From assembly GCA_036677065.1 (NCBI GenBank), contig JAKFBS010000003.1, forward strand, positions 384,001 to 448,000: a stretch of DNA of 64,000 nucleotides. Reading direction: 5' to 3'. Within the stretch, counting starts at the first letter, position 1; each line of letters begins with the position of its first letter. The notes under the pieces are model-generated. The model did no database searches. It worked only from the letters and a program-made list of their open reading frames with translations, and had not been told where the DNA came from. Positions 46,821-60,559 of this stretch are shown here, piece after piece. The position numbers and the translations under genes are program-made. The DNA comes from Bdellovibrio sp. GTDB lineage: Bacteria > Bdellovibrionota > Bdellovibrionia > Bdellovibrionales > Bdellovibrionaceae.

Positions 46821-49800
46821 ATGGATAAGACTCCCGTCACGGCATCTAATCTACGTATTAGAAAGTCATTCGCCAAAAACAAACAAGTTATCGAAATCCC
46901 GAACTTGATTGAACTACAAAAAAAATCTTACGAAGCATTTCTTTTAAAAGAAGTTGATGCTGACCGCAGAGGTAACGAAGGTTTAAATGGAGTTTTCAAG
47001 TCAGTATTTCCTATTTCTGATTTCAATAACACGTCTTCGTTAGAATTCGTTGGTTACACTCTTGAGCCGTCAAAATACGACGTCGATGAGTGCCGTCAGC
47101 GTGGTATGACTTTCGCAGCTCCTGTGAAAGTAACTTTACGTTTAATCGTGTTTGATGTTGATGAAGAAACTGAAGCACGTTCAATCCGCGACGTGAAAGA
47201 ACAAGAAGTTTACTTAGGTGAAATTCCTTTGATGACTGCAAACGGTTCTTTCATCATCAACGGTACTGAGCGCGTAGTTGTTTCTCAGTTACACAGATCT
47301 CCGGGCGTTTTCTTTGACCACGATGGTGGTAAAAACAATGCTTCTGGTAAATTAATCTACTCTGCACGTGTAATTCCTTACCGTGGTTCTTGGTTAGATT
47401 TCGAATTCGATCAAAAGGATGTTATCCATGTCCGTATCGATCGTCGTCGTAAATTTCCAGCGACTATTCTTCTTAAAGCTTTAGGAATGAATACTGAACA
47501 ATTATTAGAATTTTTCTATGACCTTGACGAAATTTTCGTTAAAGGAAAATCATTATTCCGTAAGTTAGACATTGAACGTATGTCTGGCCAACGTGCGATT
47601 GCTGATATCGTTGATCCAACTACTGGTGAATCACTAGTTAAAGCTGGTCGTCGTATCACTCGTGCGATTGTTAAAAAAGTAAAAGATTTAGGTCTAACTG
47701 AAGTTGAAGTTCAACCTCAGGATTTAGAAGGTAAAGTATTAGCTAAACCTCTAATCGACGAATCAACTGGTGAAATCATCGCTGATGCAAATACTGAGTT
47801 ATCAGTATCTTTAATCAAAAAAGCATTAGCTGCTGGTATCGAAAATTTCTACTTAATTTTCTTCGATGGTTTAACTGTAGGACCTTTCTTACGTAATACA
47901 CTATTAGTTGATAAAGTTGGAAACCAAGATGAAGCGTTAATCGAGATCTATAAACGTTTACGCCCAGGTGAGCCTGCGGTTATGGAAGCTGCGCAAGCTT
48001 ACTTCAACCGTTTATTCTTCGATCCAGAAGCATATGACTTATCTGAAGTTGGTCGTATCAAGATCAATCACAAATTCGGAATTTCAATGGACGAATGTCC
48101 TCCGTCTTTCCGCGTATTAACTCACAAAGATATTCTTTCTACTGTTAAAACACTTATCGATCTTAAAAATGGTCGCGGTGTTGTTGATGACATCGATCAC
48201 TTAGGTAATCGCCGTGTTCGTTCTGTAGGTGAGCTTTTAGAGAACCAATACCGTATCGGTTTAGTTCGTATGGAGCGCGCAATTAAAGAGCGTATGTCAT
48301 TACAAGATGTTGAAACAATGATGCCGCATGATTTAGTTAACGCTAAACCAGTGAACGCTGTTGTTAAAGAATTCTTCGGATCTTCGCAATTATCTCAGTT
48401 CATGGATCAAACAAATCCGTTATCTGAAATTACGCATAAACGTCGTTTATCTGCTTTAGGGCCCGGCGGTTTAACTCGCGACCGTGCAGGTTTCGAAGTA
48501 CGTGACGTTCATGCGACTCACTATGGTCGTATCTGTCCGATCGAGACACCAGAGGGACCAAACATCGGTCTTATCGCGTCTTTATCTACATACGCACGTA
48601 TCAACAACTACGGTTTCATTGAAACTCCGTACAAAAAAGTTGAAAACGGAAAAGTTTCTGAAGCTATCACTTATATGTCAGCTTTAGAAGAGTCTGGTCA
48701 CTTTAAAGCTCAAGCGCCTACAGATGCTAAATTCAACCGTGAATTAGCTCCAGGCAACCACACTGTTCGTCGTGACGGTGAGTACGAGCTAGTTGATCGC
48801 GAAAAAGTAACTTTACAAGACGTTTCTCCGTCTCAGTTAGTTTCTATCGCCGCTTCATTAATTCCATTCCTTGAGCATGATGATGCGAATCGCGCGCTAA
48901 TGGGATCGAACATGCAACGTCAAGCTGTGCCGTTATTAAAATCGCGCGCACCACTTGTTGGTACAGGCGTTGAGCGTTTAGTTGCTCGCGATTCTGGAAC
49001 TTCAATCGTAGCAAACAATGATGGTATCGTTGAAGAAGTAGATGCATCTCGTATCGTTGTTCGTCGTCTTGCAAAAGGCGGAGAACTTGGTGCCAATGTT
49101 GATATCTACAACTTAACTAAGTACCAACGTACAAATCAAAATACATGTTTCAATCAAAAACCAATCGTTAAAAAAGGTGATCGCGTTTCTAAAACAGACA
49201 TCATCGCCGATGGTCCATCTACAGAGTTAGGTGAGTTAGCTCTAGGTCAAAACATCCGCGTAGCGTTCACGCCGTGGATGGGTTACAACTTCGAGGATTC
49301 TATCTTAATCTCTGAAAGATTATTACAAGATGACACTTACACTTCAGTTCACATTGAAGAATTTGAGTGCGTAGCTCGTGATACAAAACTTGGAAAAGAA
49401 GAGATCACACGTGATATCGCCAATGTTGGTGAAGAAGCGTTAAAAGATCTGGATTCTTCAGGTATTATCCGTATCGGTGCCGAAGTTAAACCTGGTTTTA
49501 TCTTAGTGGGTAAAGTGACTCCTAAAGGTGAAACACAATTATCTCCGGAAGAAAAACTTTTAAGAGCTATCTTCGGCGAAAAAGCAGGCGATGTTCGTGA
49601 TACTTCATTACGTGCACCATCTGGCGTTTACGGAACAGTAATCGATGCGCAAGTTTACTCGCGTGAAGGTTCTGACCGTGATGAGCGTTTAGGTTTAATC
49701 ATCGAAGAAAAACGTAAAAAATTAGAAAAAGATTTAGCGATCGAACAAAACGTTATCAAAAATAACGCGATCGAAAAATTACGCGATATCGTAGTTGGTA

Positions 49801-50996
49801 AAAACACTACAGGTATCTTATTAAATGAAGATGGTACTCAAAAATTATTGAATAAAGGTCAAGACATCACAAATGCAGACCTTGAAACAATTCCGTTTGA
49901 ATTACTAAGCTACATTCCTTTAGAGCAAGAAGTTGAATACCAAGTTAACAAAATCATCGATGGTGCTCGTAACCAGCTTGATCAAGTTAAATTAGTATTT
50001 AATGAAAAAATCGATCGCCTTAAAAAAGGTGATGAGCTTCCTCCTGGCGTTATCAAAATGGTTAAAGTTTACGTAGCTATTAAGCGTAAATTACAAGTTG
50101 GTGATAAATTCGCCGGCCGCCATGGTAATAAAGGTGTGGTTTCAAAAGTATTAGCTCAAGAAGATATGCCTTACTTAGCTGATGGTTCTCCAGTTGATAT
50201 GGTTCTTAACCCGCTGGGCGTTCCTTCACGTATGAATATCGGTCAGATCTTAGAGGTGCATTTAGGTTGGGCAGCGCACAACTTAGGTAAACAAATCGAA
50301 GAGCACTTAGAAAAATTTGATGCGAATAAACTTCGCTCAACGATGACTGACATCTTTGATGATAAAGAAATCACAGCTAAAGTGGCTCAAGCTGATGACG
50401 AATCATTAAAGAAAATGGGTAACGCTCTTAAAAACGGTATCCACGTTGGTACTCCGGTATTCGACGGTGCGTCTGAGCAAGACGTGCGTAACTTATTACA
50501 GAAAGCTCAATTGCCTTCAACACAATCGGTATTATTCGATGGTCGTTCTGGTGAGCCTTTCACAAACCAAGTTACTGTGGGCATCATGTACATGTTAAAA
50601 CTTCACCATTTAGTTGAAGAAAAGATCCATGCTCGTTCTATTGGGCCTTATTCTCTAGTTTCGCAACAGCCACTTGGCGGTAAAGCGCAATTCGGGGGTC
50701 AGCGTCTAGGAGAAATGGAAGTTTGGGCTATCGAAGCTTACGGTGCAGCTTACTCTCTACAAGAATTCTTAACTGTTAAGTCTGATGACGTGGCAGGTAG
50801 AACTCGTATGTACGAAAGTATCGTGCGCGGTGAAAACATCCTTGAACCAGGTCTTCCTGAATCATTCAACGTATTGATTAAAGAATTACAATCTTTAGCT
50901 CTAAACATTGAATTAGTTGAGTCAGATATTCTGACTGACAAAATGGAAGATGAAATCGTTTCTGTAGAAGAAACTAAACCAATGGTTCAACACTAA
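46821..50996 (+). CDS. rpoB: RNA polymerase beta subunit
   Basis: [30 protein letters not shown] and [12 protein letters not shown]. Confidence 0.99.
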   Translation: MDKTPVTASNLRIRKSFAKNKQVIEIPNLIELQKKSYEAFLLKEVDADRRGNEGLNGVFKSVFPISDFNNTSSLEFVGYTLEPSKYDVDECRQRGMTFAAPVKVTLRLIVFDVDEETEARSIRDVKEQEVYLGEIPLMTANGSFIINGTERVVVSQLHRSPGVFFDHDGGKNNASGKLIYSARVIPYRGSWLDFEFDQKDVIHVRIDRRRKFPATILLKALGMNTEQLLEFFYDLDEIFVKGKSLFRKLDIERMSGQRAIADIVDPTTGESLVKAGRRITRAIVKKVKDLGLTEVEVQPQDLEGKVLAKPLIDESTGEIIADANTELSVSLIKKALAAGIENFYLIFFDGLTVGPFLRNTLLVDKVGNQDEALIEIYKRLRPGEPAVMEAAQAYFNRLFFDPEAYDLSEVGRIKINHKFGISMDECPPSFRVLTHKDILSTVKTLIDLKNGRGVVDDIDHLGNRRVRSVGELLENQYRIGLVRMERAIKERMSLQDVETMMPHDLVNAKPVNAVVKEFFGSSQLSQFMDQTNPLSEITHKRRLSALGPGGLTRDRAGFEVRDVHATHYGRICPIETPEGPNIGLIASLSTYARINNYGFIETPYKKVENGKVSEAITYMSALEESGHFKAQAPTDAKFNRELAPGNHTVRRDGEYELVDREKVTLQDVSPSQLVSIAASLIPFLEHDDANRALMGSNMQRQAVPLLKSRAPLVGTGVERLVARDSGTSIVANNDGIVEEVDASRIVVRRLAKGGELGANVDIYNLTKYQRTNQNTCFNQKPIVKKGDRVSKTDIIADGPSTELGELALGQNIRVAFTPWMGYNFEDSILISERLLQDDTYTSVHIEEFECVARDTKLGKEEITRDIANVGEEALKDLDSSGIIRIGAEVKPGFILVGKVTPKGETQLSPEEKLLRAIFGEKAGDVRDTSLRAPSGVYGTVIDAQVYSREGSDRDERLGLIIEEKRKKLEKDLAIEQNVIKNNAIEKLRDIVVGKNTTGILLNEDGTQKLLNKGQDITNADLETIPFELLSYIPLEQEVEYQVNKIIDGARNQLDQVKLVFNEKIDRLKKGDELPPGVIKMVKVYVAIKRKLQVGDKFAGRHGNKGVVSKVLAQEDMPYLADGSPVDMVLNPLGVPSRMNIGQILEVHLGWAAHNLGKQIEEHLEKFDANKLRSTMTDIFDDKEITAKVAQADDESLKKMGNALKNGIHVGTPVFDGASEQDVRNLLQKAQLPSTQSVLFDGRSGEPFTNQVTVGIMYMLKLHHLVEEKIHARSIGPYSLVSQQPLGGKAQFGGQRLGEMEVWAIEAYGAAYSLQEFLTVKSDDVAGRTRMYESIVRGENILEPGLPESFNVLIKELQSLALNIELVESDILTDKMEDEIVSVEETKPMVQH

Positions 50997-51014
50997 TAAG
51001 GAAGCGGGAAAAAC

Positions 51015-54000
51015 ATGAGAGATTTATTAAATTTTTTCGACAAACCAAAAGATCCACTTTCGTTTGATGCAGTTCGTATCTCTTTAGCTTCTCCAGAAAT
51101 GATCCGTGATTGGTCATTCGGCGAAGTTAAAAAGCCAGAAACTATCAATTACCGTACGTTCAAACCTGAACGTGACGGTTTATTCTGCGCAAAAATCTTT
51201 GGACCTATCAAAGATTACGAATGCTTATGCGGTAAATATAAACGTATGAAATATCGCGGAGTCATCTGCGAAAAATGCGGCGTTGAAGTTACGCAAACTA
51301 AAGTTCGTCGTGAACGTTTAGGCCATATCGAGTTAGCTACACCTGTGGCTCATATCTGGTTCTTACGTTCTTTACCTTCACGTATCGGTAACTTACTTAA
51401 TCTATCGTTAAAAGACGTAGAAAAAGTTCTTTACTGCGAGTCTTACATCGTTGTTGATCCAATGGAGACAACATTAGAAGAAGGCGCAGTTCTTAATGAA
51501 GATGCATACAATGCAGCTCTTAACGAATTCGGTCCTAACTTCAAAGCCGGCATGGGCGGTGAAGCAGTTCGTGAAATGTTACGCAAAATCGATCCAGAAT
51601 ATTTATCTCGTAAGTTACGTATGGAACTTAAAGAGACTAAATCAGAAGCTGGAACTAAAAAATTATCTAAACGTTTAAAAGTTGTTGAAGCTTTCAAAGG
51701 CTCTACTAATAAATGTGAATGGATGATGTTAGAAGCGCTTCCTGTGTTACCACCGGATTTACGTCCGTTAGTACCTCTTGATGGTGGCCGTTTCGCAACT
51801 TCAGATCTAAATGATTTATACCGTCGTGTAATCAATCGTAATAACCGTTTGAAACGTCTTCAAGAGCTTAACGCTCCAGACATTATCATCCGTAATGAAA
51901 AACGTATGTTACAAGAAGCGGTTGATGCGTTATTAGATAACGGTCGCCGTGGTAAAACATTTACTGGTCCAAACAAACGTCCTCTTAAATCATTAAGCGA
52001 TATGCTTAAAGGTAAACAAGGTCGTTTCCGTCAGAATTTATTAGGTAAACGTGTGGATTACTCTGGTCGTTCGGTTATTACCGTAGGCCCTACGTTAAAA
52101 TTACACCAATGCGGTCTACCTAAGAAAATGGCTTTAGAATTATTCAAGCCGTTTGTTTACAACAAACTTGAAGAAAAAGGCTTAGCTACAACAATCAAAC
52201 AAGCTAAACGCTTAGTTGATCAAGAGACAGTAGAAGTATGGGATATCTTAGCTGAAGTAGTTAAAGAACATCCAGTATTACTAAATCGTGCTCCAACGTT
52301 ACATAGACTTGGTATCCAAGCTTTCGAACCAGTTCTTCATGAAGGTAAAGCGATCCAATTACATCCATTAGTGTGTACTGCATTCAATGCCGATTTCGAT
52401 GGAGATCAGATGGCAGTTCACGTTCCACTTTCTGTGGAAGCGCAAGTTGAAGCTCGTGTATTAATGATGTCGACTAACAATATCTTATCGCCTGCCAATG
52501 GTAAGCCGATCATCAATCCATCTCAGGACGTTGTCTTGGGTCTTTATTGGATGACTCGTCTTCGTCCAGGTGCAAAAGGTGCTGGTAAACGTTTCGCTTC
52601 AGTTCAAGAGGCATTATATGCTTACGAAACTGGAATCATCGATATCCAAGCTACTTGTCATGTTAAAATTAAAGGTAAAGTAGAAGAAACAACTGTAGGA
52701 CGCGCGATTTTATCAGACGTAGTACCTAAAGAAGTTCCTTTCACAACGATCAATACAGCGATGTCAAAAAAATCTATCGCTTCATTAATCGATACAACTT
52801 TCCGTTTAGCTGGTGCTAAAGCGACTTGTATTTTAGCCGATCAAATCATGCAGTTAGGTTTCAAATACTCAACTGTAGCGGGTCTTTCGATCTCTGTAGA
52901 TGACATGATCATCCCAGAACAAAAAGCTCCGATGTTAGCTGATGCTGATAAACAAGTTCAAGAAATCCAACAACAGTACGACGAAGGTTTAATTACCGAC
53001 GGTGAGCGCTACAATAAAGTTGTGGATATCTGGGCTCAAACTTCAGATAAAGTTGCCAAAGAGATGATGAGCCAAATCGAGAAACAAAAATTCTTGGTTG
53101 ATGGTAAAGAAATCGTTGGACCTTCATTCAATCCAATTTACGTCATGGCCGATTCCGGAGCCCGTGGATCGTTCAATCAGTTACGTCAGTTAGGTGCGAT
53201 GCGTGGTCTTATGGCTAAGCCATCAGGCGAAATTATCGAAACACCGATCACGGCAAATTTCCGTGAAGGTTTAACGGTACTTCAATATTTCATTTCTACA
53301 CATGGTGCGCGTAAAGGTCTTGCCGATACAGCATTAAAAACAGCCAACTCTGGATACTTAACACGTCGTTTAGTTGACGTGGCTCAAGACGTTGTTGTTT
53401 CTGAAATCGATTGCGGAACTAAAGAAGGTTTAGAAATCACTCCGGTTTATGAATCAGGTGAAATCATCCTTGGTATCGCTGATCGTATTTTAGGTCGCGT
53501 AACAATCAATGATGTTATCGATCCAGCAACGAACACTGTATTGTTAAAAGCTAACAGCGAAATGGACGAAAACTTAGTTAAACGTATTGAAGATGCTGGA
53601 ATCGAAAGAATCCAAATTCGTTCGGCTTTAACTTGTGAAGCTCGCCGTGGTGTTTGTGTGAAATGTTATGGCCGTGATTTATCTCGTGGTGCGACTGTAA
53701 ACTTAGGTGAAACAGTTGGTATTATCGCAGCTCAATCAATCGGTGAGCCTGGTACTCAGTTAACAATGCGTACATTCCACTTAGGTGGTGCGGCATCTCG
53801 TTCAGTTGAGCAATCAGTTCATACAACTCGTTTCGATGGTATTTTAAAATTACAAAACGTTCAGTTAGTTACAAACAAAACTGGCAAATTAACAGTACTT
53901 AATCGTAATGGTAATGCGCTAGTTGTTGATGAAACTGGTCGTGAACGCGAAAACTTCAAATTAGTTTACGGTACAATCTTAAACTTCAAAGATGGCGCTA

Positions 54001-55118
54001 AAGTTTCTAAAGGAAACGCTATTGCTGAATGGGATCCGTATTCTAATCCGATTATCTCGGAAGTAACTGCGAAAATTCAGTTCCAAGATATTACTGAAGG
54101 TAAAACAATGACTGAGCAAGTGGATCCAGTAACTGGTTTCGCTACTAAAGTTATTATCGAAGGTAAAACTTCAGACAACAAGCCAACTGTATTCATGACT
54201 GATGCATCAGGAAAAGTAATGAACCTTCCAGGTCGTGACATTCCAGCTCGTTATATGATTCCAGTGGGCGCGCAATTATTAATTACTGATGGTGCAGATG
54301 TGCACGCCGGTGATGTGATCGCAAAACTACATCGCGAAACTTCTAAAACGAAAGATATCACGGGCGGTCTTCCGCGCGTTGCCGAATTATTCGAAGCACG
54401 TAAACCAAAAGACGCAGCAATCATTGCTGAAGTTGATGGTTTCGTAACTTTCGGTAAAGACGTAAAAGGTAAACAACGTGTTATCGTAACTCCAGAAATC
54501 GGCGAACAAACTGAATACCTTATTCCAAAAGGTAAACACGTTGCGGTTCGTGAGGGTGAGTTCGTTCGTGCCGGTGAAGCGTTAGTTGATGGACCTACGA
54601 ATCCGCATGATTTACTTGCGGTATTAGGTGCGAAAGCATTATCAGCTTACTTAGTTAATGAAGTTCAAGAAGTTTACCGTCTACAAGGTGTGGGTATCAA
54701 TGATAAGCACATCGAAGTGATCGTACGTCAGATGTTACGTAAAGTTGAAATCGCTGAAGTAGGAGACACTAAGTTCTTATCTGGCGAACAAGCTGAGCGT
54801 TCAACAATGCTTACTGAAAATGACCGTGTATCTAAAGAGGGTGGCCAAGTGGCTACATTTAGACCTCTATTATTAGGTATCACGAAAGTTTCATTAAGTA
54901 CTGAAAGCTGGATTTCAGCGGCGTCATTCCAAGAGACTACTAAGGTTCTTACTGAAGCAGCTATTAATTCAAAAACAGATCATTTACGTGGCTTAAAAGA
55001 AAATATCATCATGGGTCGCTTGATCCCTGCTGGTACGGGATTAACAGCTTACAAAAAATGGAAAGTTGTCGTTGCTGAAGACGAAGATATGGATGCAGCA
55101 CCACTACCATTCGGCTAG
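51015..55118 (+). CDS. rpoC: RNA polymerase beta' subunit
   Basis: [12 protein letters not shown] catalytic motif; zinc fingers. Confidence 0.99.
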   Translation: MRDLLNFFDKPKDPLSFDAVRISLASPEMIRDWSFGEVKKPETINYRTFKPERDGLFCAKIFGPIKDYECLCGKYKRMKYRGVICEKCGVEVTQTKVRRERLGHIELATPVAHIWFLRSLPSRIGNLLNLSLKDVEKVLYCESYIVVDPMETTLEEGAVLNEDAYNAALNEFGPNFKAGMGGEAVREMLRKIDPEYLSRKLRMELKETKSEAGTKKLSKRLKVVEAFKGSTNKCEWMMLEALPVLPPDLRPLVPLDGGRFATSDLNDLYRRVINRNNRLKRLQELNAPDIIIRNEKRMLQEAVDALLDNGRRGKTFTGPNKRPLKSLSDMLKGKQGRFRQNLLGKRVDYSGRSVITVGPTLKLHQCGLPKKMALELFKPFVYNKLEEKGLATTIKQAKRLVDQETVEVWDILAEVVKEHPVLLNRAPTLHRLGIQAFEPVLHEGKAIQLHPLVCTAFNADFDGDQMAVHVPLSVEAQVEARVLMMSTNNILSPANGKPIINPSQDVVLGLYWMTRLRPGAKGAGKRFASVQEALYAYETGIIDIQATCHVKIKGKVEETTVGRAILSDVVPKEVPFTTINTAMSKKSIASLIDTTFRLAGAKATCILADQIMQLGFKYSTVAGLSISVDDMIIPEQKAPMLADADKQVQEIQQQYDEGLITDGERYNKVVDIWAQTSDKVAKEMMSQIEKQKFLVDGKEIVGPSFNPIYVMADSGARGSFNQLRQLGAMRGLMAKPSGEIIETPITANFREGLTVLQYFISTHGARKGLADTALKTANSGYLTRRLVDVAQDVVVSEIDCGTKEGLEITPVYESGEIILGIADRILGRVTINDVIDPATNTVLLKANSEMDENLVKRIEDAGIERIQIRSALTCEARRGVCVKCYGRDLSRGATVNLGETVGIIAAQSIGEPGTQLTMRTFHLGGAASRSVEQSVHTTRFDGILKLQNVQLVTNKTGKLTVLNRNGNALVVDETGRERENFKLVYGTILNFKDGAKVSKGNAIAEWDPYSNPIISEVTAKIQFQDITEGKTMTEQVDPVTGFATKVIIEGKTSDNKPTVFMTDASGKVMNLPGRDIPARYMIPVGAQLLITDGADVHAGDVIAKLHRETSKTKDITGGLPRVAELFEARKPKDAAIIAEVDGFVTFGKDVKGKQRVIVTPEIGEQTEYLIPKGKHVAVREGEFVRAGEALVDGPTNPHDLLAVLGAKALSAYLVNEVQEVYRLQGVGINDKHIEVIVRQMLRKVEIAEVGDTKFLSGEQAERSTMLTENDRVSKEGGQVATFRPLLLGITKVSLSTESWISAASFQETTKVLTEAAINSKTDHLRGLKENIIMGRLIPAGTGLTAYKKWKVVVAEDEDMDAAPLPFG

Positions 55119-55160
55119 TTTGCCTCAAATATAGGGCCTCGGTAAAACGGGGTCTGAATG

Positions 55161-55188
55161 AAAAAGGACCTTTCGGGGTCCTTTTTTT
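55161..55188 (+). terminator. Intrinsic terminator after rpoC
   Basis: AAAAAGGACCT-TTCG-GGGTCCTTTTT-TT. Confidence 0.85.
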
Positions 55189-55360
55189 ATGGGTAAAATG
55201 CTTGCCCTGCTTGACGTAGGTGGCCTTTGCAGGTTACAAATCTTGTTCTTCGACCAAAAATCGAACTTACGGGTATGGCCCGTTCAAATCCATAGCTAAC
55301 CAGAATTGCTATAAATATTCTGGAATGTATAAGGCTAGATACCTATTAAGAGGAGTAAAA

Positions 55361-55735
55361 GTGCCTACTATTAATCAGCTCATTAAAAAAGAGCGTACAG
55401 TTCAAAAGAACCAAACAAAATCGCCAGCTTTACAAGCTTGCCCTCAACGTCGTGGCGTTTGTACGCGCGTTTACACTACAACTCCAAAGAAGCCGAATTC
55501 AGCTTTACGTAAAGTAGCTAAAGTTCGTTTATCTAATGGTTTTGAAGTAATCTCTTACATCCCAGGTATCGGTCACAATCTACAAGAGCATAGCGTTGTT
55601 ATGATCCGTGGCGGTCGTGTTAAAGATCTACCAGGTGTTCGTTACCACATCGTTCGTGGAACACTAGATTTACAAGGCGTTAATGGTCGTTTACGTAGCC
55701 GTTCTAAATACGGTGCGAAAAAACCTAAGAAATAA
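55361..55735 (+). CDS. rpsL: 30S ribosomal protein S12
   Basis: [16 protein letters not shown] and RVKDLPG; GTG start after SD AGGAG. Confidence 0.98.
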   Translation: MPTINQLIKKERTVQKNQTKSPALQACPQRRGVCTRVYTTTPKKPNSALRKVAKVRLSNGFEVISYIPGIGHNLQEHSVVMIRGGRVKDLPGVRYHIVRGTLDLQGVNGRLRSRSKYGAKKPKK

Positions 55736-55760
55736 TTAAGAAATTTAGAGGAATAAACAT

Positions 55761-56234
55761 ATGTCTCGTAGAAGTCGTACATTTAAAAGAGAAATTATCC
55801 CAGATCCAGTTCACAAGGATTTAGTTATCGCTAAATTCATCAATAAAATCATGTTACGTGGTCAAAAATCGACTGCGCAAAAATTATTTTACGGAGCCCT
55901 AGATGAATTAAACGGTAAAGTTCAAGGTGAAGATTCATTAACAATCCTTAAAAAAGCGATTGAAAATGTTAAACCATCAATTGAAGTTCGTTCACGTCGC
56001 GTGGGCGGAGCTACTTACCAAGTTCCAGTTGATGTTCGTCCAACACGCCGTTTAGCTTTAGCTATGCGTTGGATGGTTGATTACTCACGTGCTCGTGGCG
56101 AAAAAGATTTTTCTAAGCGTTTAGCTGGTGAAATCTTAGATGCTTACAACAACCGTGGTAACAGCATCAAAAAACGTGAAGACGTACACAAAATGGCTGA
56201 GTCGAACAAAGCGTTCGCTCACTACAACTGGTAA
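55761..56234 (+). CDS. rpsG: 30S ribosomal protein S7
   Basis: [11 protein letters not shown] and [13 protein letters not shown] motifs. Confidence 0.98.
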   Translation: MSRRSRTFKREIIPDPVHKDLVIAKFINKIMLRGQKSTAQKLFYGALDELNGKVQGEDSLTILKKAIENVKPSIEVRSRRVGGATYQVPVDVRPTRRLALAMRWMVDYSRARGEKDFSKRLAGEILDAYNNRGNSIKKREDVHKMAESNKAFAHYNW

Positions 56235-56261
56235 TCAATTACTAGTTAATTTAAAACTATT

Positions 56262-56292
56262 AAACCCGAAGAGAAATCTTCGGGTTTTTTTT
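56262..56292 (+). terminator. Intrinsic terminator between rpsG and fusA
   Basis: AAACCCGAAGA-GAAA-TCTTCGGGTTT followed by a T-run. Confidence 0.85.
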
Positions 56293-56328
56293 GTCTTTTC
56301 GGCGAAATACGTTTAAGTTAGTCGCCAT

Positions 56329-58419
56329 ATGGTTGTTAAAACAGAAGCTGACTTAAAATTTACTCGCAATATCGGTATCATGGCTCACATTGATGCGGGA
56401 AAAACCACAACTACAGAGCGTATTCTATTTTACACTGGTAAAAGTCATAAAATCGGCGAAGTCCATGATGGCGCGGCCACCATGGATTGGATGCCACAAG
56501 AGCAAGAGCGCGGTATTACAATCACGTCTGCAGCGACCACTACTTCTTGGAAAAATCATCGCATTAATATTATCGATACTCCGGGACACGTTGATTTCAC
56601 TATTGAAGTTGAGCGTTCACTTCGCGTATTAGACGGCGCCATCGCTGTTTACGATGCGGTATCAGGTGTTGAGCCCCAGTCAGAAACTGTTTGGCGCCAA
56701 GCTAACAAACATAAAGTTCCAAGAATTTGTTTTGTAAATAAAATGGATCGCACCGGTTCAGATTTTGATATGTGTGTTCAATCAATAAAAGAAAAACTAG
56801 AAGCTAATCCTATTAAAGTGCAAATTCCCATTGGTTCTGAAGAAAATTTTGTGGGTATTTGCGATTTACTGACTTCGAAAGCTTACACATGGGCGCCCAA
56901 TAACCCTCATGATTTTCAAACTGTAGATATTCCTGCTAACATGAAGGAACTTTTTGAAACTGAGCGTGCCAGAACAATCGAACAAATTTGTGAACTTGAT
57001 GACGCTCTGGTTGAAAAATATTTAAATGGCGAAACTCCCTCTTTAGAAGAGCTAAAAGCAGCTCTTCGTCACGGTGTTATCACGCTAAAAGTTTTTCCTG
57101 TATTTTGCGGAGCTGCTTTTAAAAATAAAGGCATTCAGCAAATTCTAGATGGTGTTACAGATTATTTGCCGTCTCCCTTGGATCTTCCTCCGACAATTGG
57201 AATGAATCCGATCAAAGATAATATGACAGTTGAATGTCATGTTAAATTTGATGAACCCGCTGCAGCTTTAGCTTTCAAATTAGCGAATGATCCGTTTGCC
57301 GGCTCATTAACTTATATTCGTGTGTACTCTGGAACTTTAAAAGTGGGTGACCAAGTTTTAAATCCACGTACAGAAAAAAAAGAGCGCGTACAGAAAATCG
57401 TGAAGATGCATGCGAATGCGCGTGAAGAAGTGTCTGAAATCAAAGCCGGTGATATCGGTGCGATCATTGGATTAAAATTCACAACAACAGGCGATACTTT
57501 GTGCGATTCATCACGCCAAGTGGTGTTTGAATCTATCACTTTCCCAGAGCCAGTTATCTCGGTTGTTGTCGAAGCAAAATCTTCTGCAGAACAAGATAAA
57601 ATGATGGAAGGCCTTCAGCGTTTAGAGCGTGAAGATCCATCTTGCCGTTTACGTTCAGACCCCGAAACAGGGCAAATCCTACTTTCAGGCATGGGCGAAT
57701 TGCATGTTGATATCTTAGTGGACCGTTTGCTTCGTGAGTATAAAATTCAAGCCAACGTCGGTAAGCCACAAGTGGCGTACCGCGAGACTATCAACGGTGA
57801 ATCAAAAATTGATTACACTTTCGAGAGACTTCTTGGTGGTGAAGAAAAATTTGCAAAAATCAGCTTAAAAGTTGAAGCTATTAATCCTGCTGAAGGAATT
57901 AAGATTATTTCTTTAGTTCAGCCTTCAAAAGAAGTTCAGCCAAATTGGATCAAGGCTTGCGAGCAAGGTCTTAAAGAAGCTTGTGAGGTTGGTCCGATCG
58001 GCAGTTATGCTATGGTGGGTCTAAAGGTAACAATTACATCATTATCGGGCGACCCGCAAAAGACCGACGAAATCGTGTGTAAGGCAGCGAGCTCGTTGGC
58101 TTTCCGTGATTTGATCAAATCAGCTAATCAAGTTTTACTTGAACCGATGTTTAAGCTTGAAGTTAACTGTCCTGATGATTTTGTAGGCAGCGTGGTGAGC
58201 GATATTAACTCTAGACGCGGTAAAATCCATAATATGACTGCAAAACCGTCTGGTGGCCAAATGGTTTCGGCTGAAGTGCCGTTGGCAAACATGTTCGGGT
58301 ATTCGACTGATGTTCGTAGTTTGTCGCAAGGACGAGCATTTTTTAGCATGGAATTCCTAAATTACTCGCCGGTTCCGCCAAAAGTTAAGGCCGAAATCCT
58401 GACTCGCTTGGGGCGCTAG
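56329..58419 (+). CDS. fusA: Elongation factor G, divergent paralog (EF-G2 / recycling-type)
   Basis: Intact G-domain ([18 protein letters not shown]) but altered domain IV tip loops. Confidence 0.9.
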   Translation: MVVKTEADLKFTRNIGIMAHIDAGKTTTTERILFYTGKSHKIGEVHDGAATMDWMPQEQERGITITSAATTTSWKNHRINIIDTPGHVDFTIEVERSLRVLDGAIAVYDAVSGVEPQSETVWRQANKHKVPRICFVNKMDRTGSDFDMCVQSIKEKLEANPIKVQIPIGSEENFVGICDLLTSKAYTWAPNNPHDFQTVDIPANMKELFETERARTIEQICELDDALVEKYLNGETPSLEELKAALRHGVITLKVFPVFCGAAFKNKGIQQILDGVTDYLPSPLDLPPTIGMNPIKDNMTVECHVKFDEPAAALAFKLANDPFAGSLTYIRVYSGTLKVGDQVLNPRTEKKERVQKIVKMHANAREEVSEIKAGDIGAIIGLKFTTTGDTLCDSSRQVVFESITFPEPVISVVVEAKSSAEQDKMMEGLQRLEREDPSCRLRSDPETGQILLSGMGELHVDILVDRLLREYKIQANVGKPQVAYRETINGESKIDYTFERLLGGEEKFAKISLKVEAINPAEGIKIISLVQPSKEVQPNWIKACEQGLKEACEVGPIGSYAMVGLKVTITSLSGDPQKTDEIVCKAASSLAFRDLIKSANQVLLEPMFKLEVNCPDDFVGSVVSDINSRRGKIHNMTAKPSGGQMVSAEVPLANMFGYSTDVRSLSQGRAFFSMEFLNYSPVPPKVKAEILTRLGR

Positions 58420-58430
58420 ACCTCCAAAAG

Positions 58431-58482
<52 letters not shown>

Positions 58483-58643
58483 GAAACTCCCTCTGAAAAA
58501 AAGAATTTTTTCCCATTGACTCTAAATGTCGTTTATAAGATATTTTCGCTTCTGGTTTATTTTTAGCTACGGAAACCACCGCGATATTCGGGCTTATCTA
58601 GCTCAAGTGGAGAATGGTTTTGACGGGCAAAAGAGGTAAAAAA

Positions 58644-58961
58644 ATGCAAAGTCAAAAGATAAGAATTAGGCTTAAGGCCTTTGATCATAAATTACTTGAT
58701 CAATCGACAAAAGAAATCGTGGACACTGCTCGTCGCACAGGAGCTAAGGTTGCGGGACCAATCCCTCTTCCTACTCGTATTAACAGATTTACTGTTTTAC
58801 GTTCTCCGCACGTTGATAAAAAATCACGTGAGCAATTCGAAGTAAGAACACACAAAAGAATGTTAGACATTCTTGAACCAACTCAACAAACGATCGATCA
58901 ATTAATGAAATTAGATCTATCTGCTGGCGTTGACGTTGAAATTAAGCTTTCAGCTGAATAA
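58644..58961 (+). CDS. rpsJ: 30S ribosomal protein S10
   Basis: [17 protein letters not shown] and [17 protein letters not shown] 58644 after SD GAGG. Confidence 0.98.
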   Translation: MQSQKIRIRLKAFDHKLLDQSTKEIVDTARRTGAKVAGPIPLPTRINRFTVLRSPHVDKKSREQFEVRTHKRMLDILEPTQQTIDQLMKLDLSAGVDVEIKLSAE

Positions 58962-58978
58962 AAGAAGGGAGAATTACT

Positions 58979-59641
58979 ATGAGTGAAAATCAAGAAACAA
59001 ATTCTTCTGGCCTAAAATTAAACGGCATCTATGCGTTTAAAGAAGGTATGGCAACAATTTACAATGATAAAGGTGAAGCAGTACCAGTTACAGTTTTACG
59101 TTATGAAACTTGGAAAGTGTCGCAAATCAAAACTAACGAAAAAGACGGCTACACAGCTGTTCAAATCGCATCAGTTCCTAAAAAAGCTAAAAATTCTTCT
59201 AAAGCAGAAATTGGACACTTAAAAGGTTCAGGCTTTGAAACTGCTGCTCGTTTTATTAAAGAAATCCGTCAAGACTTACCAGCTGATGTTAAGTTAGGTG
59301 ACGCAATCTCTATCGATAGCTTAGTGAAAGGTGAATTAGTAAAAATCACTTCTCGCTCTAAAGGTAAAGGTTTCCAAGGTTCTGTAAGACGTTGGAGTTT
59401 CGCGGGTGGTCCTGCTACTCACGGATCTAAATTCCACAGAAGACCAGGTTCTTCTGGTAACAGAACATGGCCAGGCCGTGTTATGCCAGGTAAGAAATTC
59501 CCAGGTCACTTAGGTGACGAAAATGTAACAGTTCGTAACGTTGAAATCGTAGAGATCAACGCTGCTGACGGAGTAGTTCTTGTTAAAGGACCAGTTCCAG
59601 GACACAAAAACTCTCTTGTTAGACTGGTTAAGGAGCAATAG
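58979..59641 (+). CDS. rplC: 50S ribosomal protein L3
   Basis: DGYTAVQ, SKGKGFQG and GPATHGS motifs. Confidence 0.97.
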   Translation: MSENQETNSSGLKLNGIYAFKEGMATIYNDKGEAVPVTVLRYETWKVSQIKTNEKDGYTAVQIASVPKKAKNSSKAEIGHLKGSGFETAARFIKEIRQDLPADVKLGDAISIDSLVKGELVKITSRSKGKGFQGSVRRWSFAGGPATHGSKFHRRPGSSGNRTWPGRVMPGKKFPGHLGDENVTVRNVEIVEINAADGVVLVKGPVPGHKNSLVRLVKEQ

Positions 59642-59643
59642 TC

Positions 59644-60267
59644 ATGGCTACAATCAATGTACTTAATTGGAAAAAAGAAAAAGTTGGATCACTTGATTTA
59701 CAAGCGGACACTTTTGAAGTTGAAGTAAAAAAAGACGTATTACACACAGTTGTAAGATGGCAATTAGCTTGTCGTCGTCAAGGCACTCACATGACTAAAA
59801 CAAAAGGTTTAGTGAGCGGTGGTGGTAAAAAGCCATTCAAGCAAAAAGGTACTGGTAACGCCCGTCAAGGTTCTACTCGTTCTCCTTTAATGCCAGGCGG
59901 TGGTACTATGTTCGGTCCACAACCACGTTCATACGGTTATGTGTTACCTAAGAAAATGAGAAAATCAGCTCTTAAAATGGCTTTATCTCATTTATTCAAA
60001 GAAGGAAAACTTACAGTAGTTGATTCAATGAATTCTGAAGGTAAAACAAATGAACTAGGCAAACGTTTACAAACGTTTGGAGTTAAAAAAGCAGTTTTAA
60101 TCGATAATTCTTCGAATGAAAACTTCAGCCGTGCAGCTCGTAACTTAGTTGATTATAAATACTCTGGTGTTGAAGGCTTAAACGTTTTTGACTTATTAAA
60201 ATACGACTACGCAGTTATCACTAAAGATTCGGTAGCTAAAATCATCGAAAGATGTTCTGCGGAATAA
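59644..60267 (+). CDS. rplD: 50S ribosomal protein L4
   Basis: RQGTH and KPFKQKGTGNARQGS motifs. Confidence 0.97.
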   Translation: MATINVLNWKKEKVGSLDLQADTFEVEVKKDVLHTVVRWQLACRRQGTHMTKTKGLVSGGGKKPFKQKGTGNARQGSTRSPLMPGGGTMFGPQPRSYGYVLPKKMRKSALKMALSHLFKEGKLTVVDSMNSEGKTNELGKRLQTFGVKKAVLIDNSSNENFSRAARNLVDYKYSGVEGLNVFDLLKYDYAVITKDSVAKIIERCSAE

Positions 60268-60278
60268 TCGGGGAAAAT

Positions 60279-60557
60279 ATGAAACAACACTTAAAATCTC
60301 CACTAATCACAGAAAAAAATACAGTTTTAGCAGAAGCTGGAACGTATGTATTTAAAGTTGAGTTATCTTCTTCTAAAGACCAAATCAAAAAAGAAGTTGA
60401 AACTAACTTTAATGTAAAAGTTCAAAAAATCCGTACCGCAGTTTGCAGAGACGATATGCGCTATTCTAAATTCGGTCTTACAGTACCGAAAAAATGGAAA
60501 AAAGCTTTTGTTCAGTTAGCTCCGGGCCAAAAAATTTCATTATTTGAGGGAGCATAA
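60279..60557 (+). CDS. rplW: 50S ribosomal protein L23
   Basis: PLITEK and WKKAFVQL; start moved to ATG 60279. Confidence 0.95.
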   Translation: MKQHLKSPLITEKNTVLAEAGTYVFKVELSSSKDQIKKEVETNFNVKVQKIRTAVCRDDMRYSKFGLTVPKKWKKAFVQLAPGQKISLFEGA

Positions 60558-60559
60558 TC

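Noticed and set aside
55220..55360. N-terminal extension of S12 in the ORF track (similar extensions at secE, rplK, rpsJ, rplW, gdx)
   Set aside because: Artefact of longest-ORF calling; downstream starts match the conserved N-termini and have SD-like sequences
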